A stretch of 45,307 nucleotides of DNA from positions 1 to 45,307 of IMG/VR virus record IMGVR_UViG_3300023213_000009. One strand, written 5' to 3'. Each line of letters opens with the position of its first letter. The stretch's first letter is position 1. Shown piece by piece: positions 8,305-17,656 of this stretch. A program made the translations under genes and the position numbers. A model generated the notes under the pieces. That model saw only the letters and a program-made list of their open reading frames with translations. It was not told the DNA's origin and did no database searches. This DNA is from a virus. Its lineage: Duplodnaviria > Caudoviricetes.

Positions 8305-9551
8305 ACTCATCTTGGATCACAGATCTGATAAGTGAGCATCAAGATGTAGAAACCCCAGATTCGTGGATATTTTGGTCATTGGTTTCGGCTGTTAGCGCAG
8401 TAGCCGCAAATGCCTATACTCTCAGAACTCTCAAAGGTAATCTTCTTTATTATCCTAATCTCTATATTATATTAATGGGCGAATCAGGTTTAGGAAAAGG
8501 ATTTCCAATTAACTTATCTAAGAGATTAGTTCAAAAAGCCGAATGTACTAGAGTAATAGCCGGAAGGAGTAGTATTCAAGCGATTATACAGGAATTATCC
8601 AGTTTTCGACAAGTACAAGGTAAACCTATAATTGCTGATAGTAGAGGACATATTATAAATGGAGAATTATCTACAGCTCTTATTAAAGATCCTATGGCGT
8701 TGAATTGTTTGACCGACTTATTTGATAGAAACTTTAACCCGGAGTGGGTAAATCTCCTGAAAGGTGACGGTGCGGAAAAACTCAAAGAGCCGTACGTTAC
8801 GTGTTTATTTGGTACTTCCCCTGCCCATTTCTATGATTCAGTTCCTCAAGCTAATATCGAAGGAGGGTATATTGGACGTAATTTGGTTATCTACGAGGAA
8901 AAAAGAAGTAAGGATCTCGATTTACTCGACTCAGAGGAAGAAAGCATTGACGATGATAAATTTAACAACTATATAATTCCTAAATATATTCCACATTTAC
9001 AAAGAATATCTAAAAATAAAGCTAGAATGGTTCCGGATACTAATGCAAGAATACATTATAATACATGGAGAAGAGAATGGAGAGCAACTCAAGCTAAATA
9101 TAATGATAGAACAGGATTTGTTAATCGAGTCCCAGACCACACACTGAAATTGGCTATGTGTCTTGCGCTTGCTAGATATGAAAATAACACCATAATAAAT
9201 GAAGCAGACGTGACGGAAGCTATAGAGAAAGTCACAGGTCTAATTTATGCTTCTAATAAAGCATCAGAAGGAGGCGGATTAGACCCACAAGCCGCACAGA
9301 CCAAAAAAGTTGTAGATTTTCTCATTAATGCTCCAGAAAATCAACTTACTAGAACTGAATTATTAGTAAGAGGATACGGCAATTATGATTCATTAACTCT
9401 TGATAAAATACTTGATACTTTGATGGATATGAAATGGATAATAAGACAGAAAGTTGGAGTTGGTAAAAATATGGATTGGAATATAATGTTGTCAGGTCAA
9501 CCAAAAGAAAATCTTGATGAATTTAGAAGAAAGGCCAAAAAAAGTGAGTGA
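8301..9551 (+). CDS. DUF3987/YfjI-like P-loop protein (putative replicative helicase)
   Basis: YPNLYIILMGESGLGKG Walker A region, LTDLFD, GYIGRNL, C-terminal winged-helix-like segment; position after polA. Confidence 0.7.
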   Translation: MNSSWITDLISEHQDVETPDSWIFWSLVSAVSAVAANAYTLRTLKGNLLYYPNLYIILMGESGLGKGFPINLSKRLVQKAECTRVIAGRSSIQAIIQELSSFRQVQGKPIIADSRGHIINGELSTALIKDPMALNCLTDLFDRNFNPEWVNLLKGDGAEKLKEPYVTCLFGTSPAHFYDSVPQANIEGGYIGRNLVIYEEKRSKDLDLLDSEEESIDDDKFNNYIIPKYIPHLQRISKNKARMVPDTNARIHYNTWRREWRATQAKYNDRTGFVNRVPDHTLKLAMCLALARYENNTIINEADVTEAIEKVTGLIYASNKASEGGGLDPQAAQTKKVVDFLINAPENQLTRTELLVRGYGNYDSLTLDKILDTLMDMKWIIRQKVGVGKNMDWNIMLSGQPKENLDEFRRKAKKSE

Positions 9552-9750
9552 GATTGTAGTGGAGAAAAACGATCAGAAGAAAGTAGAATTACCTGATGGA
9601 GAAATTGGAGATAAAACTACAGTATTTAATAATAGTAAAATACCTATTAGAGTTGCACTAGTTTTTGGAGATAGAATCATTCTACCACAATGTGAAGCTT
9701 TCTTTGAAATAAACGAAGACGGCTTTTGGAGAGAGAAGACACAAGAATGA
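9544..9750 (+). CDS. Hypothetical protein
   Basis: Likely GTG start at 9544 overlapping the upstream stop. Confidence 0.6.
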   Translation: MSEIVVEKNDQKKVELPDGEIGDKTTVFNNSKIPIRVALVFGDRIILPQCEAFFEINEDGFWREKTQE

Positions 9751-10001
9751 CACAATACGTTGTCGGAATTGAAAATCTCGCTAAACGAATTATTGTTAAA
9801 TCTATTATTACAGTAAATGTAGGTGGACAAGATTGGTTAGTTGTTACTAGAGCTGATGGAATGATTATGGGCGTTAATCCAGATGGAAATATTTATTGGA
9901 CAGCCAATAGTCCAGGTGCATGGGAAACTTGCAGGAGAGAAGATCAACTATTGTATTACAAATATGGTGTTATTTCAGTTGGTGATGGATATCTCGAATG
10001 A
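9747..10001 (+). CDS. Small beta-rich protein with GAWE (fascin/beta-trefoil-like) motif
   Basis: GVNPDGNIYWTANSPGAWETC; ATGA coupling at both ends. Confidence 0.55.
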   Translation: MTQYVVGIENLAKRIIVKSIITVNVGGQDWLVVTRADGMIMGVNPDGNIYWTANSPGAWETCRREDQLLYYKYGVISVGDGYLE

Positions 10002-10987
10002 GTCATTTAGCCGCTCTATCTGTTGGTAGCAATGCGACCAATCCGACTAGAGACCAAATAATTAACGTAAAAGCTAATTTCTGTAACGTATTTGACTCAG
10101 AAGGAATTCCAATATTTGATGGATTTATTGACTATCTTATTATAAATGACTCTGTAAAAGCTAACGATTGGGTTGTTAAGTTGAAAGCGGCTAATACTAC
10201 TCACATCACACTCGACTTATCAGGAAACTATCTTGAAAATCTTGGATGGACACCGCTTTATCCTATTCCTGGTATGGATTGGTCTAATGACCTTAGTGGT
10301 TTTTCTAATATTATTGATTGGGTTCAAAATAGAGGCTTTATACCAATAATTAAATTAGCATTTGATGGACAAGGTGCAGGACCAGGATGGAATGATCCAA
10401 TAGGTTGGACATATGGTTGGCAATGGGGAATGGATAATATGGAAAGAATAGCTAATGGATTATCTAAACATATTAAAAAAGTTTTGTGGAGTACAGGGTG
10501 GGACGGCTGTTTTCCTACTTGGACTAGAAATCAGACTATTTTGATGTTACAACATATGAGAAAAATATTGGGACCAGAGGCTTGTATTGATACGGAATTT
10601 AATGGACCAGGTTCTGTTGGATATACTCATATGGGACTTGGAGCAGGAGACTGGACTCCAGAAACATTAGGTATATTAGATAATTTCTCAATTGAAGCAA
10701 CATTTTCTCCTGATGTGAATGGAATACAACAGGTTGCGGCTAGATTATTAGGGAGTCAAGCTAAGAATATTGAACCACCTAATTATTATGCTGGTAAACC
10801 TCCTTCTGATGATAATTGTTTTTTGACGCAGATGATTAACTTAGGTAAAAAAATTAATATGTGCTGGTTTGAACAAAATGCTTATTTATTCATTCGTAAG
10901 TTAATTAATGAAAATCAAGCTAGAGATGCTTCTACTACAGTAGCTAATTACGGATTTACGTCTTTTGGAAATGGACAGCCGTTTTGA
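9998..10987 (+). CDS. Putative glycoside-hydrolase-like TIM-barrel protein (candidate lysin or glycanase)
   Basis: Trp/Gly-rich, alternating beta/alpha pattern (THITLD, GFIPIIKL, WSTGWD, MCWFEQ); family not assignable by eye. Confidence 0.45.
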   Translation: MSHLAALSVGSNATNPTRDQIINVKANFCNVFDSEGIPIFDGFIDYLIINDSVKANDWVVKLKAANTTHITLDLSGNYLENLGWTPLYPIPGMDWSNDLSGFSNIIDWVQNRGFIPIIKLAFDGQGAGPGWNDPIGWTYGWQWGMDNMERIANGLSKHIKKVLWSTGWDGCFPTWTRNQTILMLQHMRKILGPEACIDTEFNGPGSVGYTHMGLGAGDWTPETLGILDNFSIEATFSPDVNGIQQVAARLLGSQAKNIEPPNYYAGKPPSDDNCFLTQMINLGKKINMCWFEQNAYLFIRKLINENQARDASTTVANYGFTSFGNGQPF

Positions 10988-11005
10988 AAGAGAATTGAGA
11001 GGGCA

Positions 11006-11275
11006 GTGATGGACAAGGAACTACCAGATTCACAGCAAGACCAAGGAGAAAGAGGCTACATAGATAAGCCATTTGCATATCATAAACCTAGTTCTAACGG
11101 ATTAAAGAGAATTACTAATCTTAGAATGATATTTAGTCAAGTTAAGGCAGCTATTGATTTTAATTGCCCAATGTCAAGAGAACGTTCTATTGCTACTACT
11201 GAATTGGAAACTGCCGCTATGTGGGCTATTAAAGCTGTAGTATTTAATGACAAAGATAGTGAAGTTGAGAAATAA
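11006..11275 (+). CDS. Acb2/Tad1-like hairpin protein (candidate anti-defence nucleotide sponge)
   Basis: FAYHKP...CPMSRERSIATTELETAAMWAIKAV matches the SRE-x-(S/A)-x-A-x-T-x-(L/V)E-x-A-x-MW helix of Tad1/Acb2-type proteins. Confidence 0.7.
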   Translation: MMDKELPDSQQDQGERGYIDKPFAYHKPSSNGLKRITNLRMIFSQVKAAIDFNCPMSRERSIATTELETAAMWAIKAVVFNDKDSEVEK

Positions 11276-11547
11276 TGTTAAAATACGAAGATGCGATGCA
11301 TGGAATGCAGACTGGTGTTGCATTTGAAATGGAAAAAGGTAGTTTTGATACTACTCCTAAACACCTAAGAGTTGGAATTAATTCTTGCTTAATTAATGAT
11401 GCTGCTTTAGTAAGACTTTTGATAGCTAAAGGACTATTTACTGAAGAAGAATATGCGTTAGAAATAACAAAGGAAGCTAATAGAGAGCTAGAGAGATATG
11501 AAGATAGAATTAGAGACAGATACGGAGCCAACATCAAATTGAGGTGA
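11275..11547 (+). CDS. Hypothetical phage protein
   Basis: HGMQTGVA...PKHLRVGINS; TAATG coupled. Confidence 0.75.
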   Translation: MLKYEDAMHGMQTGVAFEMEKGSFDTTPKHLRVGINSCLINDAALVRLLIAKGLFTEEEYALEITKEANRELERYEDRIRDRYGANIKLR

Positions 11548-11548
11548 G

Positions 11549-11767
11549 ATGATAGACCTAAACGAAGTCGCAAAAATCCAAGAAGAATTAAGAGCTGGTA
11601 TTCCACTAAACTTAATGCATGTAGGTAAAGTATTTGGACATGATTTTTGGGGTTTGTTGATTCTTTGTATGACTGATGCTAAAGTTCTAACTGCTCAACA
11701 AATAATTGATGTGATGAAAATGACTGATAAAGAATGGGAAGGATTTACTAAAAAGAAACAAAAATGA
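11549..11767 (+). CDS. Hypothetical protein
   Basis: SD GAGGTG; in operon. Confidence 0.7.
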   Translation: MIDLNEVAKIQEELRAGIPLNLMHVGKVFGHDFWGLLILCMTDAKVLTAQQIIDVMKMTDKEWEGFTKKKQK

Positions 11768-12009
11768 AAATAGACAAGTTTGATTTAGGAGCTACAGGTA
11801 AATTCCCTGAGGGAAAACTAAATGAACAAGATAAAGGAGAGATACGATTTGCCGTTATGGGAGATGCTAAAGGAAATGTAGTACTTTACTTTGGTAGAGA
11901 TGTAACATGGATTGCTATGCCACCTGAAACAGCTTATGAATTAGCTAGACTTCTACAGCAAACGGCTGATGGAGCAATAAGAAGTGTTATCAATGAGGCA
12001 ACTCGTTAG
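11764..12009 (+). CDS. Hypothetical phage protein
   Basis: LGATGKFPEGKLNEQDKGEIRFAV; ATGA coupled. Confidence 0.75.
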   Translation: MKIDKFDLGATGKFPEGKLNEQDKGEIRFAVMGDAKGNVVLYFGRDVTWIAMPPETAYELARLLQQTADGAIRSVINEATR

Positions 12010-12079
12010 AAGAATATATAGATGGTTTAAATATTATCGTAAAGATGAATATGTTGAAATAAGAAAAGAGTGGCTTTAA
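11993..12079 (+). CDS. Possible 28-aa basic/aromatic peptide ending the + arm
   Basis: MRQLVRRIYRWFKYYRKDEYVEIRKEWL; its stop overlaps the convergent gene's stop (TTAA). Confidence 0.35.
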   Translation: MRQLVRRIYRWFKYYRKDEYVEIRKEWL

Positions 12080-15000
12080 GGACGAAGATTCTTTCTAAAT
12101 TTCATTCTTCTACCAGTTGTAGGTTCTGGATATTCTTGAGCCATACCTGTTAATGATGCTCCACCCATAACGGCTGTTAAACCAATACTATCTGCCCATT
12201 CTGGGTCATCTTCCATTATGTTATATAAATCTTGTATGAAGATAGGAACGAATTGTTTAGAAGCTTGACCTTGTATAGTTTGCGGCTGACCATATTGACT
12301 AATATAACCACCTCCACCTGTAAACTTTTTAGCGAAAAGTATATCGTGAGCAAATGATGCAGCCGGGGATTCTTTATTCTTAAGGAATTTCCCGGCTACA
12401 CTTCCCATTGTTTCTGGTAAAGTACCTGTTTTTCGTGCTTCAATTGGTCCTATATTTAAATTTACGCCAGCAGCGGCTAGAAAGCGAGCTGCTGCACCGA
12501 TATATTGTTGAAATCCACCCCAAGGATCAATCACTTTCTTACCAAATCTAGCTTTTGCGAAATCTGATGATAAAATATTATTAGTGACTTTAGCTCCACC
12601 CATAGCCGCTAACGTATCAACAGCAACACCAAAAGCGGCTATTCCTAACAAACTTTTCAATCCTTCTAATCTCATTCCTTTAGGCAAGCTAGTATAAATA
12701 GTTGGGTTAGCAAGCATGTTGATTCTAGAAGATATCATTCTGGGAGACCAAAATAATAAATTCATTTCATTCGTTATTTTATTTAACGGACCAAGAGAAC
12801 CTCTTCCAGTAGCATTATTAATGAAATTAGCTATAGCTTCTGTTTCTTTTGTTGGGACAACTTCTCCATCCACAATAGTATAAGGTTCATGTCCTAATTT
12901 CTTAGCTTGTAATACCATCGAATCAAACACGTCAGATCTTAATTTATTTAAAAATCCAGAATATCCTCTTTGTGAGGCTTCTACTAAATTTCTAATTCCT
13001 AATCCTTTAATTCCTCTAGGAATATCGCCAATATAACTATTAAGGAATTCTTCCTCAGAATTCATCAAAGAACCTGGTTTTGCTAAGAAAAGACCAGATT
13101 TTCTTCCAAGCATATAATTAGGACGTTCTGCAATAGCTTTCATAGCCGCATTGTAGGTGTCTTTATCTGCAAAGAATTTGAACATATCCTTAAAAGCAGG
13201 GAAAAATTCTTTACGATATGCTAATCCAATTCCATGTCGGAGGGGTGCGGCTAATGACATGGCATTCTGTAAAGATTTCATAGTATTAGCTAATTTAGAT
13301 ATATTCACTCCTACAGCACCAATACCACCATGCATTTGAATGACTCTATCAGCAAATCCACTTCCAAATACATCATCTAAAACAGATAGTTCACTTCTTA
13401 CCGGTACTTTCTCTCCTCTTAATAATTTGAATAAAGCAGTATATCCTCTCAATTTTTCAGCTTGTGTAATTGTTTTTGAATCCATAACTGCGTTAAACAA
13501 AGAATCAGTCTCTTCTTGACTTAATTTAAAATTTGTTTGTGGAATTACTTTTTCGTACTCTCCACGCATTGCTGCGAGACTTTTTGCAGCTCCTGCCATT
13601 CCTTTTTCTTTAACACCCGCAGAAGCTCCAAAACGACGCGCTCTCTCAGCCGTGTAGATAGCTTGTTGTTCAACATTTTGTCCTTTTGATGTTTGTATTG
13701 CAGAGAACAACTTATCAACAACAGGATCAACTTTAGTTCCTGTACCTTTCCAAGCGGTTTTTAATTTTTTAAATATATTACCAATAAAACCTAATCCACC
13801 ATGCATCTCTACTTCAGAATCAAATGAACCACCAATTACTTGTTCTAATTGATTACCAATATCAGCAGTTTTACTTGGATCACCTTTAATATCTACTCTG
13901 AATCTAGATGGAGAATCAGCAGCAGTATGCATTTCAGTAATATCAGCATCTATTCCTCTTTCAGATAATAATTTTTGCACATCTTTAGCAGCCATAGGAG
14001 CAGACTTATCAAATTCCATATTTAATACGCCATCACCATAATTCTGGAATGATGATAGCTGTGGATGAAAATCTTCTGCCTGTGGAGGCTTAGGAATACC
14101 AGAAGGAATATTTTCAGGAAGTCCTGTTCTTTCTTCGGGCTTTCTAACTAATTCGGCTATTTGTTCTGCTCTTCCTGTTGGTCTTAATTTACCTTCTTTT
14201 TGATCAATCATCAATTTTAAGAATGTAGCAGCTTTTCTTTCCGCAGGATCAATAGAACCTTTAGTTATATCATACACATCTTTTAAATCATCTAACTTGG
14301 CGTCTTTCATATTTTCTACGCCAAGCATTCTTTGAATACGACCCAATTTAGGAGGTTGAGTAGTAGCAGGAGTTTCAGATAATATTCCTGCTAATTCTCT
14401 AGGTTGAGCCTGACGCTCTCTCATTCTATCTAAGAAATTTTGACCTTCTTTAGATATAGTTCCAGCAGGTTCAGTAGCTTTTAATTCATCTAATTTATCT
14501 CCAACAGCAACTATAGCTCTACCAGATAATAATCCTTTATCTTTATCAGTAGCTAAATCCATAACCATATTTTTACCGTTTTGATCTTGTACTATTTTAG
14601 CAGCAGCAACAGGTTCCCCATTCTTATCTCTATAAACTACATGTTGAGCATTTAAATCGGTAACTTTCTCTCCCTCTACAGGTTCAACAGATAATCCTGG
14701 TTCACCTTTTCCTGCTTTATCTAATACTTTCTTTACATATTCTGGTCCTTCTGATGGATGTCCTGCACCTCCAAATCCTTTTAGAATTTCTTCAAATGTT
14801 CTTCCTTTTGGAGTTTCTTCTTCTTTAGCAGCAGAAGCTACAGCATATGCAGGAGGTTTCCATTCTGCTGCGGCAGGAGGTTCTTCACCTTCTATTTCTT
14901 TAACTGCTTTAGCTGGTTCAGGAGTTGTTTTAGCTATTTCAACTGGTTTAATTGGAGGTCTTTGTCTAAGAGATGGACCTTCCATTATCTTTGCTCTAGG

Positions 15001-15675
15001 TCTAAGAGGAGTTTCAGGTATTCCAACTGCTCTAGGATCAAATCCAGATGCTATTATATCACCTAATGCTTTAACACCAGCACCGGCTATTAATCTTCCA
15101 GTTCCACCTTCACCAGTTACTTTTTGAGCTAGATAATCAGTAGCTTGCTTTACACCAGGTATTTCTTGGAAACCTGGTCCTTGAATTTCTGGCCTAAGTC
15201 CTCTAGCTTTTATATCAGTCTCTAATTCAGGACTACTACCAGTTAGAGCAAATTGTGCTGTTGACCGAATCTTCGGATGTCTAGCAAGAAACTCTTTTGC
15301 CTTATCGACGGCTGAACTAATAGCACTTCCGAAAGTTTCAGGTTTTATATCAGCTCTAGTTGCAGGATCGTAATGAGGGTGTGCAGCTTCTTCTTCTAAT
15401 TCTTTATCTGTAGTTAGTTCTTTAGCAGGTTCCTCAGGTTTAGGTGTTTCACCAAATGTAATAGGCCGTCTAGAAATAGGAGGTTTAATAGGTTCTACAG
15501 CTTTACTGAATAAACTTTTCTTTTCTTGTTCTTTATGCGGTTTAGCGTAGTCAGGAGGCGTCCATCCTTCCTCACCTCCATTAGAAGATCCGCTAGGAAC
15601 AGCATAATCAGGTGGTTTCCATTCTTCTTCGTCTGTCGAGGACTCATCTATTGGATTCCTAAATGGAAATGGCAT
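12076..15675 (-). CDS. Large internal virion/DNA ejection protein (P22 gp16/T7 gp16 position)
   Basis: 1199 aa, last gene of the morphogenesis operon; Pro/Glu-rich N-terminus, helical C-terminal half with hydrophobic Gly/Ala segments. Confidence 0.7.
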   Translation of the reverse strand: MPFPFRNPIDESSTDEEEWKPPDYAVPSGSSNGGEEGWTPPDYAKPHKEQEKKSLFSKAVEPIKPPISRRPITFGETPKPEEPAKELTTDKELEEEAAHPHYDPATRADIKPETFGSAISSAVDKAKEFLARHPKIRSTAQFALTGSSPELETDIKARGLRPEIQGPGFQEIPGVKQATDYLAQKVTGEGGTGRLIAGAGVKALGDIIASGFDPRAVGIPETPLRPRAKIMEGPSLRQRPPIKPVEIAKTTPEPAKAVKEIEGEEPPAAAEWKPPAYAVASAAKEEETPKGRTFEEILKGFGGAGHPSEGPEYVKKVLDKAGKGEPGLSVEPVEGEKVTDLNAQHVVYRDKNGEPVAAAKIVQDQNGKNMVMDLATDKDKGLLSGRAIVAVGDKLDELKATEPAGTISKEGQNFLDRMRERQAQPRELAGILSETPATTQPPKLGRIQRMLGVENMKDAKLDDLKDVYDITKGSIDPAERKAATFLKLMIDQKEGKLRPTGRAEQIAELVRKPEERTGLPENIPSGIPKPPQAEDFHPQLSSFQNYGDGVLNMEFDKSAPMAAKDVQKLLSERGIDADITEMHTAADSPSRFRVDIKGDPSKTADIGNQLEQVIGGSFDSEVEMHGGLGFIGNIFKKLKTAWKGTGTKVDPVVDKLFSAIQTSKGQNVEQQAIYTAERARRFGASAGVKEKGMAGAAKSLAAMRGEYEKVIPQTNFKLSQEETDSLFNAVMDSKTITQAEKLRGYTALFKLLRGEKVPVRSELSVLDDVFGSGFADRVIQMHGGIGAVGVNISKLANTMKSLQNAMSLAAPLRHGIGLAYRKEFFPAFKDMFKFFADKDTYNAAMKAIAERPNYMLGRKSGLFLAKPGSLMNSEEEFLNSYIGDIPRGIKGLGIRNLVEASQRGYSGFLNKLRSDVFDSMVLQAKKLGHEPYTIVDGEVVPTKETEAIANFINNATGRGSLGPLNKITNEMNLLFWSPRMISSRINMLANPTIYTSLPKGMRLEGLKSLLGIAAFGVAVDTLAAMGGAKVTNNILSSDFAKARFGKKVIDPWGGFQQYIGAAARFLAAAGVNLNIGPIEARKTGTLPETMGSVAGKFLKNKESPAASFAHDILFAKKFTGGGGYISQYGQPQTIQGQASKQFVPIFIQDLYNIMEDDPEWADSIGLTAVMGGASLTGMAQEYPEPTTGRRMKFRKNLRP

Positions 15676-15676
15676 C

Positions 15677-16669
15677 TTATTGCCCCAAAACTTGAGCGAA
15701 AATTAATGGAGCAACAATAGAAGCATCTGATTTGATATTGAAAGATGGAGTATTCGGACCTATTTTACCCCAAGTTATTTTCTCATTACATTCAGCACCA
15801 GAATAGCCACCGTAAGACACCTCTGCATCAGTAATTTGACAGAAATATGACCACAATTTAGTGTCTTTTTTCTTCAAATCTTGTTGTAATAAAGGTACAA
15901 CACAAATTGAAAAATCACCAGCAATACCACCACCGATTTGAAAGAAACCCATCTCATGTCTTTTTGATTCCTCATCATACCACATAGCTAAATCCATCAT
16001 ATATTCAATTCCAGACTTCATACAATGACAATCTAATTTTTCATCAAGACACATAGCCGCAAAGACATTACCCAATGTAGAATCTTCCCAACCTGGAACA
16101 ACTATTTCTATATCCATCTCAGCAGCGGCTAGTAACCAAGAATTTTCTTTAGGAATTTGATAATATTTCTCTAAAACACCATCTTTTAGAATTTCAGTAA
16201 GAAATTCGTGTGGAAATTTACGTTCACTGGCATTACAAGCATTCTTCCATCTAGCAATAATTACATCTTCTACTACTCTCATAGAACTAGCAGGAATAGC
16301 CGTATCTGTAACACGATTCATTTCTTTATCAAATAAGGCTTTTTCATCTTTAGGAGTTAAATCTTTATACTTAGGCAAAGAAACATAAGAATCATGAGCA
16401 ACAAGATTAAAAACGTCTTCTTCAAGATTGGCACCAGTACATGAAATACCATGAACTTTCTTTTCTCTAATCATCTGAGCGAGTGTAATACCAAGTTCAC
16501 CAGTAGACATGGCACCGGCTAGTGAAAGAAACATATATCCACCTTTACTAATAAGAGCTATATATGCATCAGTAGCATCTCTCAACGTTCTAGCGTTGAA
16601 ATGATGATAATTTTTACGTACGAATTCGGCTATTGGTCCCTTAGCTAAATCTTTCTGTTTAACCTTCAT
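15677..16669 (-). CDS. Deoxyhypusine-synthase-like protein (bacterial homospermidine-synthase type)
   Basis: LAGAMSTGELG, ISCTGANLEED, QIGGGIAGDF, SYGGYSGA, EKITWGKI (catalytic Lys motif). Likely start ATG at 16669, overlapping the upstream gene end (330 aa). Confidence 0.92.
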   Translation of the reverse strand: MKVKQKDLAKGPIAEFVRKNYHHFNARTLRDATDAYIALISKGGYMFLSLAGAMSTGELGITLAQMIREKKVHGISCTGANLEEDVFNLVAHDSYVSLPKYKDLTPKDEKALFDKEMNRVTDTAIPASSMRVVEDVIIARWKNACNASERKFPHEFLTEILKDGVLEKYYQIPKENSWLLAAAEMDIEIVVPGWEDSTLGNVFAAMCLDEKLDCHCMKSGIEYMMDLAMWYDEESKRHEMGFFQIGGGIAGDFSICVVPLLQQDLKKKDTKLWSYFCQITDAEVSYGGYSGAECNEKITWGKIGPNTPSFNIKSDASIVAPLIFAQVLGQ

Positions 16670-17651
16670 CTCCCTCGGCAGCACCTTCATCTCCTCCCTG
16701 ATTTTGATCTTGCTCTTCTTGTTCAGGTTGATGATTAGAATTCCAATCATCTAATTTATCAGCAGGAACATCATATTCTTTACCATCTGGTCCTACAACA
16801 TGATAGGTTCCATCAGAATTTCTTCTAGGAGCTGTTCCAATTCCTGATGTTTGTGGTCCTCTTTCAGTAGTAACAGTCTTTTTAGTTCCTTCTGGACTTA
16901 TTTCAGTAGTAGTTCTACTTCTACCTCGCTGTTGTAATACTCTATTTTGATAATCTATTGTAGATTTCATTTTATCTTGTGCATCTTGATGTCTTTGTTC
17001 ATCTCTTGCTTTAACTGCATTATGATAAGCTTCCATTGATTTTTGAGTATCCTGTAAAATTTTTATTCTATCTTGAGCATTTATATTAGCATCTTGTAAT
17101 CTTTTCACATTCATTTCATGATCTGCTTGAGTTTTATTTATTTTAGCTTCTAATTCAGCTTGTTTTTGATCTCTTATTTGGTCACTCTTCTGTTGATTTA
17201 GCTTTTCTTGAGCAGTTCTAACATCAATAGCTTCTTGACCTAACTTACCTCGTTGAGCTAATGCTGCTTTTTGTTGTTCTAATTGACCTTGTCTAATACC
17301 TAATTCAGCTTTTTGAGCAGCAGTTATTTGATTAGGATCTTGAGCCATTACTACATTTTGAGCACCACCAGGACCACTAGCATCAGGCATTCTTTGTGTA
17401 GGATAACCAGTAAAAGATGTTCCTTCTTCACCAGGAGGAGAATCTAATCCATATACTCTTCTCATTCTATCTTGCTGAATAGATAAATTCGACATATATT
17501 GAGCTTTATTCTGAAAATCCCTCATTTCTCTATCTTTTATAGCATTTACAATACTAAGAGCATCGCCCGGAGTTATACTTTGAGGACCAGGCATACCATA
17601 TATACCAGTACCACTAGGATTAGCAGCCAAATTCTGCATAAATGTTGCCAT
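16659..17651 (-). CDS. Internal virion/ejection protein (coiled coil)
   Basis: Gln-rich heptads; middle gene of the three-gene ejection set. Confidence 0.6.
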   Translation of the reverse strand: MATFMQNLAANPSGTGIYGMPGPQSITPGDALSIVNAIKDREMRDFQNKAQYMSNLSIQQDRMRRVYGLDSPPGEEGTSFTGYPTQRMPDASGPGGAQNVVMAQDPNQITAAQKAELGIRQGQLEQQKAALAQRGKLGQEAIDVRTAQEKLNQQKSDQIRDQKQAELEAKINKTQADHEMNVKRLQDANINAQDRIKILQDTQKSMEAYHNAVKARDEQRHQDAQDKMKSTIDYQNRVLQQRGRSRTTTEISPEGTKKTVTTERGPQTSGIGTAPRRNSDGTYHVVGPDGKEYDVPADKLDDWNSNHQPEQEEQDQNQGGDEGAAEGDEG

Positions 17652-17656
17652 ATTAT

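Noticed and set aside
12009-12080. Bidirectional terminator at the convergence of the two arms
   Set aside because: No stable hairpin is visible, and the gap is filled by a short ORF.
16670-16750. N-terminal extension of the DHS-like ORF
   Set aside because: It overlaps the upstream gene by about 90 nt; the ATG at 16669 gives a typical length.
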